The notes beneath the pieces are model-generated. The model made no database searches. It was not told where the DNA came from and worked only from the letters and a program-made list of their open reading frames with translations. DNA of 46,172 nucleotides from Corallochytrium limacisporum Hawaii (lineage: Eukaryota; Protista; Pluriformea), in assembly GCA_002811645.1 (NCBI GenBank), contig PDIP01000046.1, forward strand, positions 97,340-143,511, read 5' to 3'. Below, one piece after another: positions 11,856 to 23,053 of the stretch (position 1 is the stretch's first letter; each line of letters begins with the position of its first letter). Made by a program: the position numbers and the translations under genes.

Positions 11856-14800
11856 AGCCACCGCACTCTTACCCACCGGCCTGCCCAGCCACCAGGCCTT
11901 CCCGTTGATTCACTATACCCAAGCAGCGACCCCACGAGCCCCCCCCCCGCTACGCCGCCCCCCCCATTTTCTTTTCTTTTCTTTTCTTTTTTTTTTGTGG
12001 CTCTACCACACGCACACGCACGCCCACAGCTGCCACTTCTGCCCGATGCTAATCCGTCCACCTTTTTTTCTCATTTCCCACTCTCGGCAAATTATTGAAC
12101 CCAAGATACGAAGAACAATCAGGAAATACAGATATATTCAATATTGAATGTCCCGGAATTACAAAGTGTCAGACCATTCAAATCAAACCACGGTGAGGAG
12201 AAGGGGAGGTCTACTCCCCCCCCCCGTCTCAACTGCGCCGCAGAGGCAGCCCAGAGTGTCTTGGCCAATCGAGAGCCCTGGGACGTAGAGCTGCAGGGAA
12301 AAGGAAAGAACAAAGCCCGGGCCACGAAGGCTTGTGAAAAAGAGAAGAAAATCACGGCCAGCTTTTCGTATAACGACGCACGGGCCGGGAGGGGGGGTCC
12401 GCCTCTTGCCCAGTGTGGCCCCCCGAAAGCGAGACCGAGAGTGAGTATTTCAGAAGGGGGGGAGGGGGAGAGAGGCAAAGGCTCCCGCCATAAGGAAAGA
12501 AAGAGGAAAGATAAAAAAGAGAGGGGGGGGGGGTAGAAATATTATCCCCCAAAATAAAAAAAAAAGGCCGCGGTCAGAAAGGAAATTTGTGTGTGTGTGT
12601 TTTTCTTCCGTCTTTTCTCTTTTTTTTTCCTTTCCCTTGGGTAAAGCGCTGGCTTTGTCCCGCTGTCGGTGCCTTTTGTTCAGTCCCGGCGTACTAGACC
12701 TTCCTCTACTATTTTCTCTCTTGGCCATTCCGCCTTCCTCCTTCCGTTTTGTTTCTATTTTTTTCTCTATTTTGATTTTGGGTGTTCGTGCCGGTGGTGG
12801 CCCCTCTTTCGTCGGTTAGGCCGGTAGCGAACGAAAGGGAAAAAATTGAACCGGTGGGCCCACCGAGGTGTGTTCAAGCACACCGCTGCGCACCTGCCTT
12901 CTTGAACGTTCAGGAGGCCGAGTCGTCCCGGTAGTCAGCCCATCCGCGCGTCCGGTAGTGAATGTACGCGATTCTGACACCGACGCCGGGCGATGTGCGT
13001 CCTCTGTTCCTTCCCTTGGCTGGGTTTGGTCGATCCCGTGGCCCCGCAGGGGGGGGGGTGGTTATGTGACTCGCGGGATCCTGGGAGCAGTCTCAATTTC
13101 TATACAGTCACTATAGGAGACCGCACGGGCCCTTGGGCTCGCACCAACAACGGCGGGAACGGGGTAAGCACCAGGTGGAATGCGCGTGGAGTAGGCGGTG
13201 CGTTCTATAGCGAAAGTACTGGGCCCAAGACCGCCCCCACCTGCGAACCAACTGGGAAAATTCACAATGCGGCGCTCCATATGAGCTCGACGGGGGAAGA
13301 GGGGACGAGAGCCTCCAAAAAGCCACCATGCGGTCCTCCCTCCCCGCCCTTCTCCCAGCAAAAGCGCTTTGAACGGTTTTGAATGGTTGGGGCCCCGCCC
13401 TCCTAAACAGCGAGCGGGACCGGTGCCCAACAGGCAAGAGACAGGCGTGAGGGCGGCGCCATAATGAAAGAAGGGGAATTCAGGGGAGGAGGAAGGAAGA
13501 GAAGGGGAACCGGGAGGAGAGGAGGATTGGTACCAGTAGTGTACCATTTGGTACCCTACCAAACACGGGGATGACCCACGGGGCCTAATTTAATCCCTGT
13601 AACCCCCCCCCCTTCTAATGCAAGACACAGATCAACAACAAGCAATATCATATAATTAATGTACCAATATCCATTGTTGTTACCCCTTCTGATACGCAAA
13701 TGTTCAGCTCCCCTACTGTTGTGCAGGACGGGAAGGGGAGGCATTGTATGGAAGGAGAACGCAAAGAAAGCGTGTGGGAACGACCGGATCTAAAGTACTG
13801 TGGAAAGTGAATGGGACAAGAGCGACTAACGCAATCAAACACTTCCATGGTGAGTGATCAGGACAGCAATGTTATTAATGTGCGTGAGGATGTCCTACCC
13901 TATTCATTATGGCAATGCTTTCATGCCTGCCTTGGGGGAGGTATGGTAATGTTTCCTGTGCACGAGGCATGGTGCTTTCTCGTGCTCAAGAAACTTACAA
14001 AGAGACATCCCTCCTTCTGGCCCCTCCCAGCATGGTGAGATGTCCACTTTACAAGAAAGAAATACCTCTTGATACGAGACGTTGTCCTCGAGGGCGTATA
14101 CAGAGGTACGGCTAGTACACGGATTCCGGGGACTAACTAAGCGGTAGAGCAAAGATAGTGAGGGAGGGGAGGGCAGGACCGCCACCCCACGTGGGAGATT
14201 CGGAGATTCATGTGGCGCTCTTGAGCTGGGGGTGGGTGTGTTGTTAGACATGATGATGAATGCGCGCTGGCTTGCCCTGTGATACGAACCCTTTGCTTGG
14301 TGCATTGTGCCTCGTATCACTTGGGCGCGAAGATTGAATCTAATGGCTTCCGCTGTGTGTACTGCTGCTCATCCATATAATACAATGGGAAGGACGGGAT
14401 GGGAAGAAGGCATCGCTGGAAGACATTGGTAGCCACGTACACTGAACGGTATTTAGATCAAACACTCGTTGTGCCCACAACGGCCATGTCGGGAAAATGC
14501 ATTCCATATGACAAAATGGGCACAATCCATCGGTGGTTCCCTGCACCCAAACCGGACTTGGTTGGATGATATGGTGGACTACCGGTACTTCCGGGTCTCG
14601 TGCGGAGTTTGGTGTTAATTATATACGGACTTCCTTATATTGGTGTCCAGACACAATCTGTGGAGTGGTGCCGGGACGACTCTGTTCTGACACTGGGATG
14701 ACGCAAACCAAAACTCTTGAGCTCAGTAATAATTGTACCGTAACTTCGCTTAGCCGATCACGACATTTGTCAACATTCCACGGCAACCGCGCTTGGGGTC

Positions 14801-15291
14801 CCTCCCTCCTGCTGAAATCAATACTTGGCACCCTCCCCGTTTCCTCCGTCCTCTCCCCCTACCGCCTCCGCTGGGTTCCTACAGTACCGGGTACCAAGCG
14901 GCAGTGGGAGCGCAACAGTGAAAAAACCCCCCCCCTTTCCCTAGCCCCCGAAGCTGGGTCACTCACTATTTAAGAACAGCCGTATATATAAATTATCCGG
15001 CTCTGGAGGAGAAGGAGGAAACGGGGAGGAAGGGCGCAGGAGCAGGCAGGGGGGTTAGGGGGGTTTGAGAGAGCCTCGGTCGTCCTTCGGCCATACACCT
15101 CCCCTCCCTTAGCCTGGGCGGTGGAGTCCTTCTTTCCCATAGAAACTGTCAGGGTCCTTTTTAGTAGTAACTTTTTTGCTGGTGTATGTATTTTCTTAAT
15201 GAGTCACGGCGGTTTCGAAGGCCCTCCCACCGTCGTCGCTTGTGTGGGGCCCCCCGGGGGCCCCCACCCCCGGGGGAGGGGGCGCGTCTCT

Positions 15292-15653
15292 NNNNNNNNN
15301 NNNNNNNNNNNNNNNNNNNNNNNNNNNNNNNNNNNNNNNNNNNNNNNNNNNNNNNNNNNNNNNNNNNNNNNNNNNNNNNNNNNNNNNNNNNNNNNNNNNN
15401 NNNNNNNNNNNNNNNNNNNNNNNNNNNNNNNNNNNNNNNNNNNNNNNNNNNNNNNNNNNNNNNNNNNNNNNNNNNNNNNNNNNNNNNNNNNNNNNNNNNN
15501 NNNNNNNNNNNNNNNNNNNNNNNNNNNNNNNNNNNNNNNNNNNNNNNNNNNNNNNNNNNNNNNNNNNNNNNNNNNNNNNNNNNNNNNNNNNNNNNNNNNN
15601 NNNNNNNNNNNNNNNNNNNNNNNNNNNNNNNNNNNNNNNNNNNNNNNNNNNNN
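15292..15653. other. Assembly gap
   Basis: Run of N. Confidence 1.
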
Positions 15654-16837
15654 TCCATTTCTCCCTACTTTCTCTATAGCCCCCAAGAGCCAGAAGGAAC
15701 TTCTTCTTGGCACAAAGGGTGTTTTCTTGCCCCCCCCCCCCGGGAAGGGGGAGGGAGAGAGGACGGTAGAAGGAGACTTGGTCGTCCAAATTGACTATGT
15801 CTAATACACTGGAATTTTTAGGGCCTGCTAATCTACCCCAATTTCGAATCAAAAGGAAAAGTAAAACTCCGGGACGACGACCACGGTCCCCACCCCTCCC
15901 CCTCCCTCCTTCGCTGTCACTGTCCCGCCACTGCCCGAGTTCGCTCTGGGCCGGCGAGGGATTTTGCAGTACATTCTTCATAGGCCAGCGCCTGATGGCC
16001 GAGGCCTAAAAATAAAAAAATAATGGGGACGTTGGGCGCGCGCGAAGAGATCAAGAAACTAAAATAAAAAAACAAAAAAAAGAAAAGCAAAAAGGGAACA
16101 ACACTCCTTTATCTCCAGTTCATCGATTCAGTATATTCAGTACTGCGTACCGTCCCGACGGAGTGTAAGAAAAAAAAACACCAGCGAGGAGATTTGCTGA
16201 GCCGCCAAACTCCAACCGTGAATGTACGGACGCCCACTGCGGTTCTATGGCGGGAGGAGGGGAGCGGCCATTGATGATATCTCTCTTGGGGGAAGGAGGT
16301 GGGGGGGCGGGCAAACCAAAGGTGCGCAGTAACTTAGAGGGAGGGGCCAAAAAGGAGGGCGAAATTGTACCGACTGTAATTTTTTCTCTTCCTTTCATCT
16401 TTATTTCTTGGGCAGTTTGAGACCGAGAGAGAGAGAGAGCAGAGAGATGGCGGTTTGTAATTTCAATTTCTCTTGATCTATCTTCTCCCGGCCCACCCTC
16501 CCCCCCTTCTTTCTCCTTTCTTTCTAGTTCTCATTATTTAGGTATCGTGCAAATTGGGACGGACGGGCGGGCCTTTCGTGGTACTGAAACAAAGGAGGGG
16601 GACACACACCGGCGCGTAGTTAGCTTGTTCGGACGGACTTGGGGGGAGGGGGGCCGATGGGCACACAACACGAAAAAGAATATAACACCCACACGCACGC
16701 CAAGAAATATTCATTTCTTGCCAATTTTTTTGGGGGGGGGGGGTTTAAGTTGGTTGGGAGGATGGACTCCACAAAAAGAAAACTTCCAAACCCCCAAGCT
16801 CCGATCACTCCGATACCAACGGGAGCGAATTGGTTTT

Positions 16838-16840
<3 letters not shown>

Positions 16841-16912
<72 letters not shown>
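16841..16912. repeat. (GT)36 microsatellite
   Basis: Perfect dinucleotide run read directly from the sequence. Confidence 0.98.
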
Positions 16913-16913
<1 letters not shown>

Positions 16914-17042
16914 TGCGCAATTTGCGCCGTTTGCTCCTGCCGCTGCTGCTCTCCAGTCTCCTTCCCCAAGAAAACCCCCCCCCTTGGGGCGGGGACTTGC
17001 TTCCTTCGCCTTTGGGTGTGCCGGTGGTTTTTGTCAGCAGAA

Positions 17043-17046
<4 letters not shown>

Positions 17047-17117
<71 letters not shown>

Positions 17118-17161
17118 CGAGAGAGCGAGAGAGCGAGAGAGAGAGAGAGAGAGAGAGAGAG
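17047..17161. repeat. (GA)n microsatellite with GC interruptions
   Basis: About 115 bp GA run read directly from the sequence. Confidence 0.97.
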
Positions 17162-17689
17162 GCCCAAACGAATTAGAAAACAAAGGGAACTTCTAGCTCG
17201 GTTGACCCGGGACGAAGCTGAAAAAGTTAGTTTAGTGGGTTGGTTGGTGGTTTTGGTGCCAAGTGTGCAGAATTTGTCACCAAGGGGCCATCGATGCATT
17301 TTGGTGGCCGTGGTTGCGATTTCGAGAAGTCGTCAGGTGGTGTAAGTTACTATTTTTGTTTTGTGCGGTGCTTTCGGCTAGTGGTTTGGGTTAGCACTGG
17401 TATTTTGGATCACGTAGAGTGTGAAAATCATAGGTAGGAAACCCCAGAAACTATAGTCGGAGAAAATGTATTCAATGGGAAAACCTACTCGCTCACTAAA
17501 ATTCCCAATGTCTGAATAGCAGTGGAAGCAAGCAAAAGGAAAACAAAGTTAGGAAAACACTAGAGCGTGTGAGAGAGACCGACGAGAATACCGCTGGCGG
17601 TTTCCTCACTTGGATCTCGAAAACCCCGATAGTGTTCATCGGGAAAGAAACTAGAGACGAATCACTTGGGATACTCTTTTGAATCAGCC

Positions 17690-19093
17690 ATGCCCGAGTA
17701 TGTACCGCTGTCAGAAAGGCCTGAACATTCGTTCAACAGCCTACTGGCCACCGTACTGCCCAGCGCAGAAGACCAAATCCTCATCAACAATGCCCCCAGT
17801 CCCCGGTCGTCAGGATCGAATATCTCATTTAGAAATGGAACCATGAAGACTATTGACGAGGAAGATGAAGGCGACAGCAGTGGGTCTGACTCAGAGTCTC
17901 AGTCTAATTCATCCAGTGGCACCAATAGCAAGGCGTCATCACCTCGAAACACCAATGGTAAAGGAAAGAAGCCCGTCACCATTAAGCGTGCACGCAGCGT
18001 CGACAGTTCCGTCGACCACTTCCACTTTGTGCCTCAGCACTACTACCCAGGTACAACAAAAGATATCCCAGACGCTCTGCTGGATCCAATCAGCCATGAA
18101 ATGCTGGATACGCCGGTGCTGGTTCCGTGCTGTGGCCATACTTTCAGCCGCAGTAGCATCGAACGCTGGGTCCGAACCCGCCGGTCCTGCCCACTCTGTC
18201 GCAGTCGGCTTGAAATGGATGAATGCGAGCGAGACTTTGTCCTCGAAGCTGTGCTAAAATGGCGTTGTGAAGAATGGAAGAGCTGCGATTTGGAGCGCCT
18301 CAAGGCCGCCAACCGCCGCAATATGGAGCGCCGTCGCAAGGCCATGCAATCCGTGCGCAAGACACTCCAGCAGAAGCTAGATGCACGTTTCCGTGAACAG
18401 GAGCGCGAACGCGAGCGTCAGCGCATGATGTACTTTAATGGCTCCCCACACCCCCACGGCAATAATGTCACATACGAAATCCACTCTGGACACAGTGCGG
18501 CCATGAGCGATGTGCTCATGGCCATGGTATGGGCCCTCGTATCCCTGCCTGGCTGGATCTACCGCAACATTGGCACCGTTTCTGAATTTGTCACCAAGAA
18601 TCGTGGCCGTGCCGTGCGCATGGTTGCGTTGTGGTCCGTGCAAATGGCTGTCATGTGCATGCTGTGGGTTGCCTTCCTCCCCATTGCCGTGCTCTTCAGC
18701 ATGATCACAGCCGTGACTACGTCGCTGCGTAGCATCCGCACCCTCGCCATGTGGCTCATCGTCTTGCCGCTCGGAACGGGCGCGCTGGTGGTGATGACGC
18801 CTTTGATCATGCCCCTGCTTGCCCTGCGCATTGTAATGTTAGGCCTCAACTTTGGGGCCGGTCGCACTCGCAGGGCGCCCATGCCGCACCGCGAAAGATC
18901 GGAGAGCACCAGCAGCATTTCAGAGGCCACCCCCGCGCAAAGCTCAACTAGCAGCACCGAAGCCACCCCGCGTTCGGTGACTGCACCATGTGGAAGCGCG
19001 AATACCGCGAACGGGCTCAGTCCGGCAGATCATTTGAGCTTGATGCTCATGCTCAGCGGTTCCGGATTACCCTACCACCGTCGCATTCGGTGA
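17690..19093 (+). CDS. Putative membrane-anchored E3 ubiquitin ligase: U-box/RING-like domain, coiled coil and 3-4 hydrophobic segments
   Basis: IPDALLDPISHEMLDTPVLVPCCGHTFSRSSIERW...CPLC, then a charged helical stretch and hydrophobic runs (VLMAMVWALVSL, MAVMCMLWVAFLPIAVLF, WLIVLPLGTGALVVM). First ATG at 17690. Confidence 0.8.
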   Translation: MPEYVPLSERPEHSFNSLLATVLPSAEDQILINNAPSPRSSGSNISFRNGTMKTIDEEDEGDSSGSDSESQSNSSSGTNSKASSPRNTNGKGKKPVTIKRARSVDSSVDHFHFVPQHYYPGTTKDIPDALLDPISHEMLDTPVLVPCCGHTFSRSSIERWVRTRRSCPLCRSRLEMDECERDFVLEAVLKWRCEEWKSCDLERLKAANRRNMERRRKAMQSVRKTLQQKLDARFREQERERERQRMMYFNGSPHPHGNNVTYEIHSGHSAAMSDVLMAMVWALVSLPGWIYRNIGTVSEFVTKNRGRAVRMVALWSVQMAVMCMLWVAFLPIAVLFSMITAVTTSLRSIRTLAMWLIVLPLGTGALVVMTPLIMPLLALRIVMLGLNFGAGRTRRAPMPHRERSESTSSISEATPAQSSTSSTEATPRSVTAPCGSANTANGLSPADHLSLMLMLSGSGLPYHRRIR

Positions 19094-19365
19094 GGCTCCT
19101 CTGGCCGTCACAGAGAGTCGTCGCCGAAGCATTTCAATCGAAAGAGCGAGAGTATGAAAAAGAAATAACGTAGTGTAATGTCCTATCCAGATATTCAATT
19201 TTCATGATGTTAGAAAGAGAAATAAATCGCAACTGAAAACCATGTGCGAAACCATGTGCAAGTGGCCATTGAGTACGTGGCGATGCACACTGGCAGGTGT
19301 AAATAAAATAGAAAAGCGAGACACATACATTCATAGATCAGTGTGTGTATTATTGGAAAGTCCCC

Positions 19366-21294
19366 TCAGTGCGTGGACTGTCCGTTCTTCTTGTTCTCGC
19401 CAAAGTCCTCGGCCGTCTTGCACAGGTACAGCCCATCAATGTACGCAGAGGCGATCTCGTCAATGATGCTCTTGTCCGGCACGGCGGTGGCCATACCGTA
19501 GAGCGCGGCGGCTTCACCAACATCCGAAGGGTTCTGCACGAGGTAGTCCACGGCCTGCTCCAAGTCGTCCAGGAACTTTTCCGCAATTCCGACTGGCGTG
19601 TGCACGTGTGTCACGCACAGATGAATGGACGAAGGGTTCTGGAGGTTGTTCATGTTCCAACCGCGCTTGCCCATCTGTTCCGACAGCTGGAAGGGGCTGA
19701 ACCCCTTGGTACCAATGCCGATAACCGTGGTGGCCGGTTTGCCATAGACGAAGACCTGGCCGTCCAGACGCTTCTCCATGGCGCGCAGGCCGGACTCGAT
19801 CTTCTTACGCGCCGTCACGCACTTACGCGTGGCCTCCACATAACCCTCGCGGCCAAAGTACATGAGCGCGCCCCAAGTTGACGCGACAATGGCACCAGGG
19901 CGGGAGCCGGGCATGCTTGGACTTGCGTAGGTGCCGCCCGTCCAGTCCGCGTACACAAAGTACTGATACCGCCGCCAGCTCTGATCTCGCCACAGCAGGA
20001 TTGAGGAACCCTTTGGACTGTAGCCATATTTGTGAGTATCGACAGAGATGGAGGTCACGCCAGGGACGCGGAAGTCAAATCCGCTCTCCAGATCGGAACC
20101 AAAGCCCGCCTCTTCCATGAATGGAACGATGAAGCCACCCAGGCAGCTATCGACGTGAAGGCCGCAGCCTTTCGGTCCGTAAGCCTTGATAATTTTGGAC
20201 AGACTGTCAATGTCGTCCAGGATACCGTGCGGGAAGGAAGGTGCGCTGCCAACCACGGCAATGGTGTTCTTGTTGATGTAACGGCGGACGGCGCTGAGGT
20301 CGATTCTACCATTCCTGTCTGCCGGTACGCTGACGCACTTGACGTTGAAGTATTCACAGGCCTTGTTGAAGCCCGCGTGCGCAGTCAGGCACATCAACAG
20401 CTCTGGTTTGGTCACTCCTCGTTCCGCTTTGGCACGATCACGGTAAGTCTTGACTGCCATGACCAGAGATTCCGTGCCACCGCTTGTCATGGTTCCCACA
20501 CAATCTGAACCGCCCTTGAACATGTCGGCGACCATGCTCACAGCCTCCGACTCCATCTGACGCACACCAGGGAACACGTCCGGGTGGAGCGGGTTCGACC
20601 ATGCAAAAGCCTTGTACACATCCACAAGCACCTCGGTCAGGTCATCACCGGCATGGTAGACCGTGCCAGAGACATGTCCCTTCGTCCAGTCCACTTTTTG
20701 CATGCCACGGCGCTGTTCAACAATGGCCATGAGCTTCTTCTTGTCATGGGCAAAACCCTTGACGGGCAACATGGGAAAGTAGTAGCCGGCCAGATCATCA
20801 CGGTGCGGCAGCATATCCTTCCACAGACCTTTCTTGGACTTCATAATCTGAGCCTGGACCAGACCAGTAACACCCGGAAGCCTCTTGTAGTTCCGCATAA
20901 TGAAGTTCCAAGACTTTTTCAACGGACCCGGGTAGGTGAAGAGAAACTCGTACAGCTCGGTCAGGACATGAGACAAGATCAGGTAGGTCACGATGCTGAC
21001 CAGCGCAATCTCCCAGGCTGCCCAACCGTCAAAGAATTGTTCAAAGGAAGTTCTTGCCAGAGTCACCTCATTCGTTACCTGGGTATAGGCCTTGGACACA
21101 TCAGGTTGGCTCAGGACATACTTGTTGATGGCCTCGCTTGCCTGGGTCTGCGCACCTTTAGCGTACGTGAACACCTGGCCCTCGGTATACTTCTTGTCGT
21201 AGGCAGAGAGCGTGTTCAGTGCCGCGTTCAACTGCTGCTCAACCTGGTCAGTAAATTTGCCCGTCAGCCGGGCTCCGCCGCCGAAGAAAGCCAT
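19366..21294 (-). CDS. SGPL1: Sphingosine-1-phosphate lyase (PLP-dependent)
   Basis: VSGTVYH, NPLHPDVFPG, TSGGTES, LHVDSCLGGF, SVDTHKYG (PLP lysine), GSRPGA and AALYGMA. N-terminal TM segment WEIALVSIVTYLIL. Confidence 0.96.
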   Translation of the reverse strand: MAFFGGGARLTGKFTDQVEQQLNAALNTLSAYDKKYTEGQVFTYAKGAQTQASEAINKYVLSQPDVSKAYTQVTNEVTLARTSFEQFFDGWAAWEIALVSIVTYLILSHVLTELYEFLFTYPGPLKKSWNFIMRNYKRLPGVTGLVQAQIMKSKKGLWKDMLPHRDDLAGYYFPMLPVKGFAHDKKKLMAIVEQRRGMQKVDWTKGHVSGTVYHAGDDLTEVLVDVYKAFAWSNPLHPDVFPGVRQMESEAVSMVADMFKGGSDCVGTMTSGGTESLVMAVKTYRDRAKAERGVTKPELLMCLTAHAGFNKACEYFNVKCVSVPADRNGRIDLSAVRRYINKNTIAVVGSAPSFPHGILDDIDSLSKIIKAYGPKGCGLHVDSCLGGFIVPFMEEAGFGSDLESGFDFRVPGVTSISVDTHKYGYSPKGSSILLWRDQSWRRYQYFVYADWTGGTYASPSMPGSRPGAIVASTWGALMYFGREGYVEATRKCVTARKKIESGLRAMEKRLDGQVFVYGKPATTVIGIGTKGFSPFQLSEQMGKRGWNMNNLQNPSSIHLCVTHVHTPVGIAEKFLDDLEQAVDYLVQNPSDVGEAAALYGMATAVPDKSIIDEIASAYIDGLYLCKTAEDFGENKKNGQSTH

Positions 21295-22042
21295 GGCGAA
21301 ATTCTGGATGGTCTACTTCTCTGTGCCAACCGCGTTCGGGCTGTATGCAGAAAAGTTACAGTGAAGTTACGTTCCACTCTTTGTTTGTGTGGAGGGTGCT
21401 CTTGTATTCAAATAGCTTCTTGTCTATGACAGATTTGCTGCAATGTTATATAATCTGTACGGGCGCCACCCTGAACGCCCGTCAGGATGAGGCCCATACC
21501 AGCCAGGAAGGAGAGGCTCTGGAATTCATCCAGAGCTGGCGACCGAATTTTCCCGTGCGGACAGAAGGACGAATCTACCAAAAGTGAGTATCAGGGACGA
21601 AAAATTGGAAGAGGTGCGTATGTGTGTGAGTGTGTAGCAAGCTGTTCAGTGTTGCACTCATCCGTTGATCAGGAGAGCCCCAGAGATGAAACCGCCAGGC
21701 CCGCCCCTCGCACTTGGTACACCTTGTGGGTTTCCGGACCCCTCTTGTTCATTGTCAAAAGTTGCGTAAAGTCCACTGGTGATACAGGCTTGTGGCAATC
21801 CCGCTGTTCCTCGAATCCGTTTGAAACACCCCTGGTTTTGGTTGTAGTAACTATTTGTGTGTGTGTTTTGTCTTTCCCTGGTCCTTCATTGATACGCCTG
21901 TTGTTATACATCCGTGCCCCGGTTGGGTTTTGCGCTATTTCACCCTGTGGTCCCTCGGTGAGAGCCCAGTAAAAACTCTACCCCGTGTGCGCTTGCTGCC
22001 CCGATGAACGGGTAATGCAGGCGTGACGACCCGTCCCGTCGC

Positions 22043-22254
22043 NNNNNNNNNNNNNNNNNNNNNNNNNNNNNNNNNNNNNNNNNNNNNNNNNNNNNNNNNN
22101 NNNNNNNNNNNNNNNNNNNNNNNNNNNNNNNNNNNNNNNNNNNNNNNNNNNNNNNNNNNNNNNNNNNNNNNNNNNNNNNNNNNNNNNNNNNNNNNNNNNN
22201 NNNNNNNNNNNNNNNNNNNNNNNNNNNNNNNNNNNNNNNNNNNNNNNNNNNNNN
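22043..22254. other. Assembly gap
   Basis: Run of N. Confidence 1.
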
Positions 22255-23053
22255 GGGGGGCGCCGCGGTAGGGGACGGGAAGGGGGGGGGTGTGATTTAT
22301 ATTCTCTTCTTTGTTTAGGGTTTGGAGCGCTGGGGGTGGGGGAAGCGGAAAAGAGGCGACGAGGAGTTTTGTGACGGGTTTTTTGAGTGGTTCAGTTGGA
22401 TGCGCAGTCTACGGTGGTACATTCAATATAGGGATGCGGGCCAGATTTCGACCTTATCCGAGTTACTGGGTGCCCTTCTATTTATACGGGCTCCACAATG
22501 GGGCATCGCCGGGGTTCCATTTTGTTTCTTGGTTGCCAACAACCCACCCGAACCTCCCCCCCTTGCTGAGGGAGATTAAATAGGCCCCTACTTAGGTCGG
22601 GTAAAGGAGGACAATCAATGGGATGTGTGCCGACATTCAGTAACACTGGTACATTGGCTATGCGGTCGTACGGGACCGTCGAGCAAAGGCCCCCCAGCAC
22701 AATGGAGGAATGTTGAGGCCCCCCCCCCCCGGGGACGGGGGTAGGGTGTTAAATCCTGCCGGCGACCAGAGCTGACAAACCGATTCCCGCCGGCCCACCC
22801 TGCCGAGTGCGAGTGGTTCTGAATTCTTAGCCGAGCCAAGAATTGGGAGCTCTGCCGTGACTCCTTCGCTGCCACCAATGTGATTCTCGAACATAAGTGA
22901 AATCTCAGAGACAGGTACTTTTTAGGTGGCAATTTCTGAGCATTGCTCTCTATTGAGGAGTGTATCGCACAATTCATTCCGGGACATTTCGAGATAAACA
23001 AGGGGAAATAACGCTGCACACCGAGAGACATCCTACGTAAGGGGGTTGTAAGT

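Noticed and set aside
12840-12950. tRNA-Sec-like words (GCGCGGATG, TTCAA, GGTTCAATT on the minus strand)
   Set aside because: Spacing, loop sizes and acceptor stem do not give a cloverleaf.
13100-13122. T7-promoter-like TCACTATAGGAGACC
   Set aside because: Only a partial match, lacking TAATACGAC, with no vector context.
12985-13200. Resemblance to SRP (7SL) RNA: GCCGGGCG start and CCAGGT...GGAGTAGG about 186 nt later
   Set aside because: The helix-8 stem and GNRA tetraloop cannot form, and the Alu UGU-NR motif and helix 6 are not evident. Kept only as a generic structured-RNA candidate.
13855-13895. Minus-strand DILTHINNIAVL resembling a decayed RT YxDD motif
   Set aside because: No catalytic aspartates and no other RT motifs. 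It is also on the opposite strand to the integrase-like fragments.
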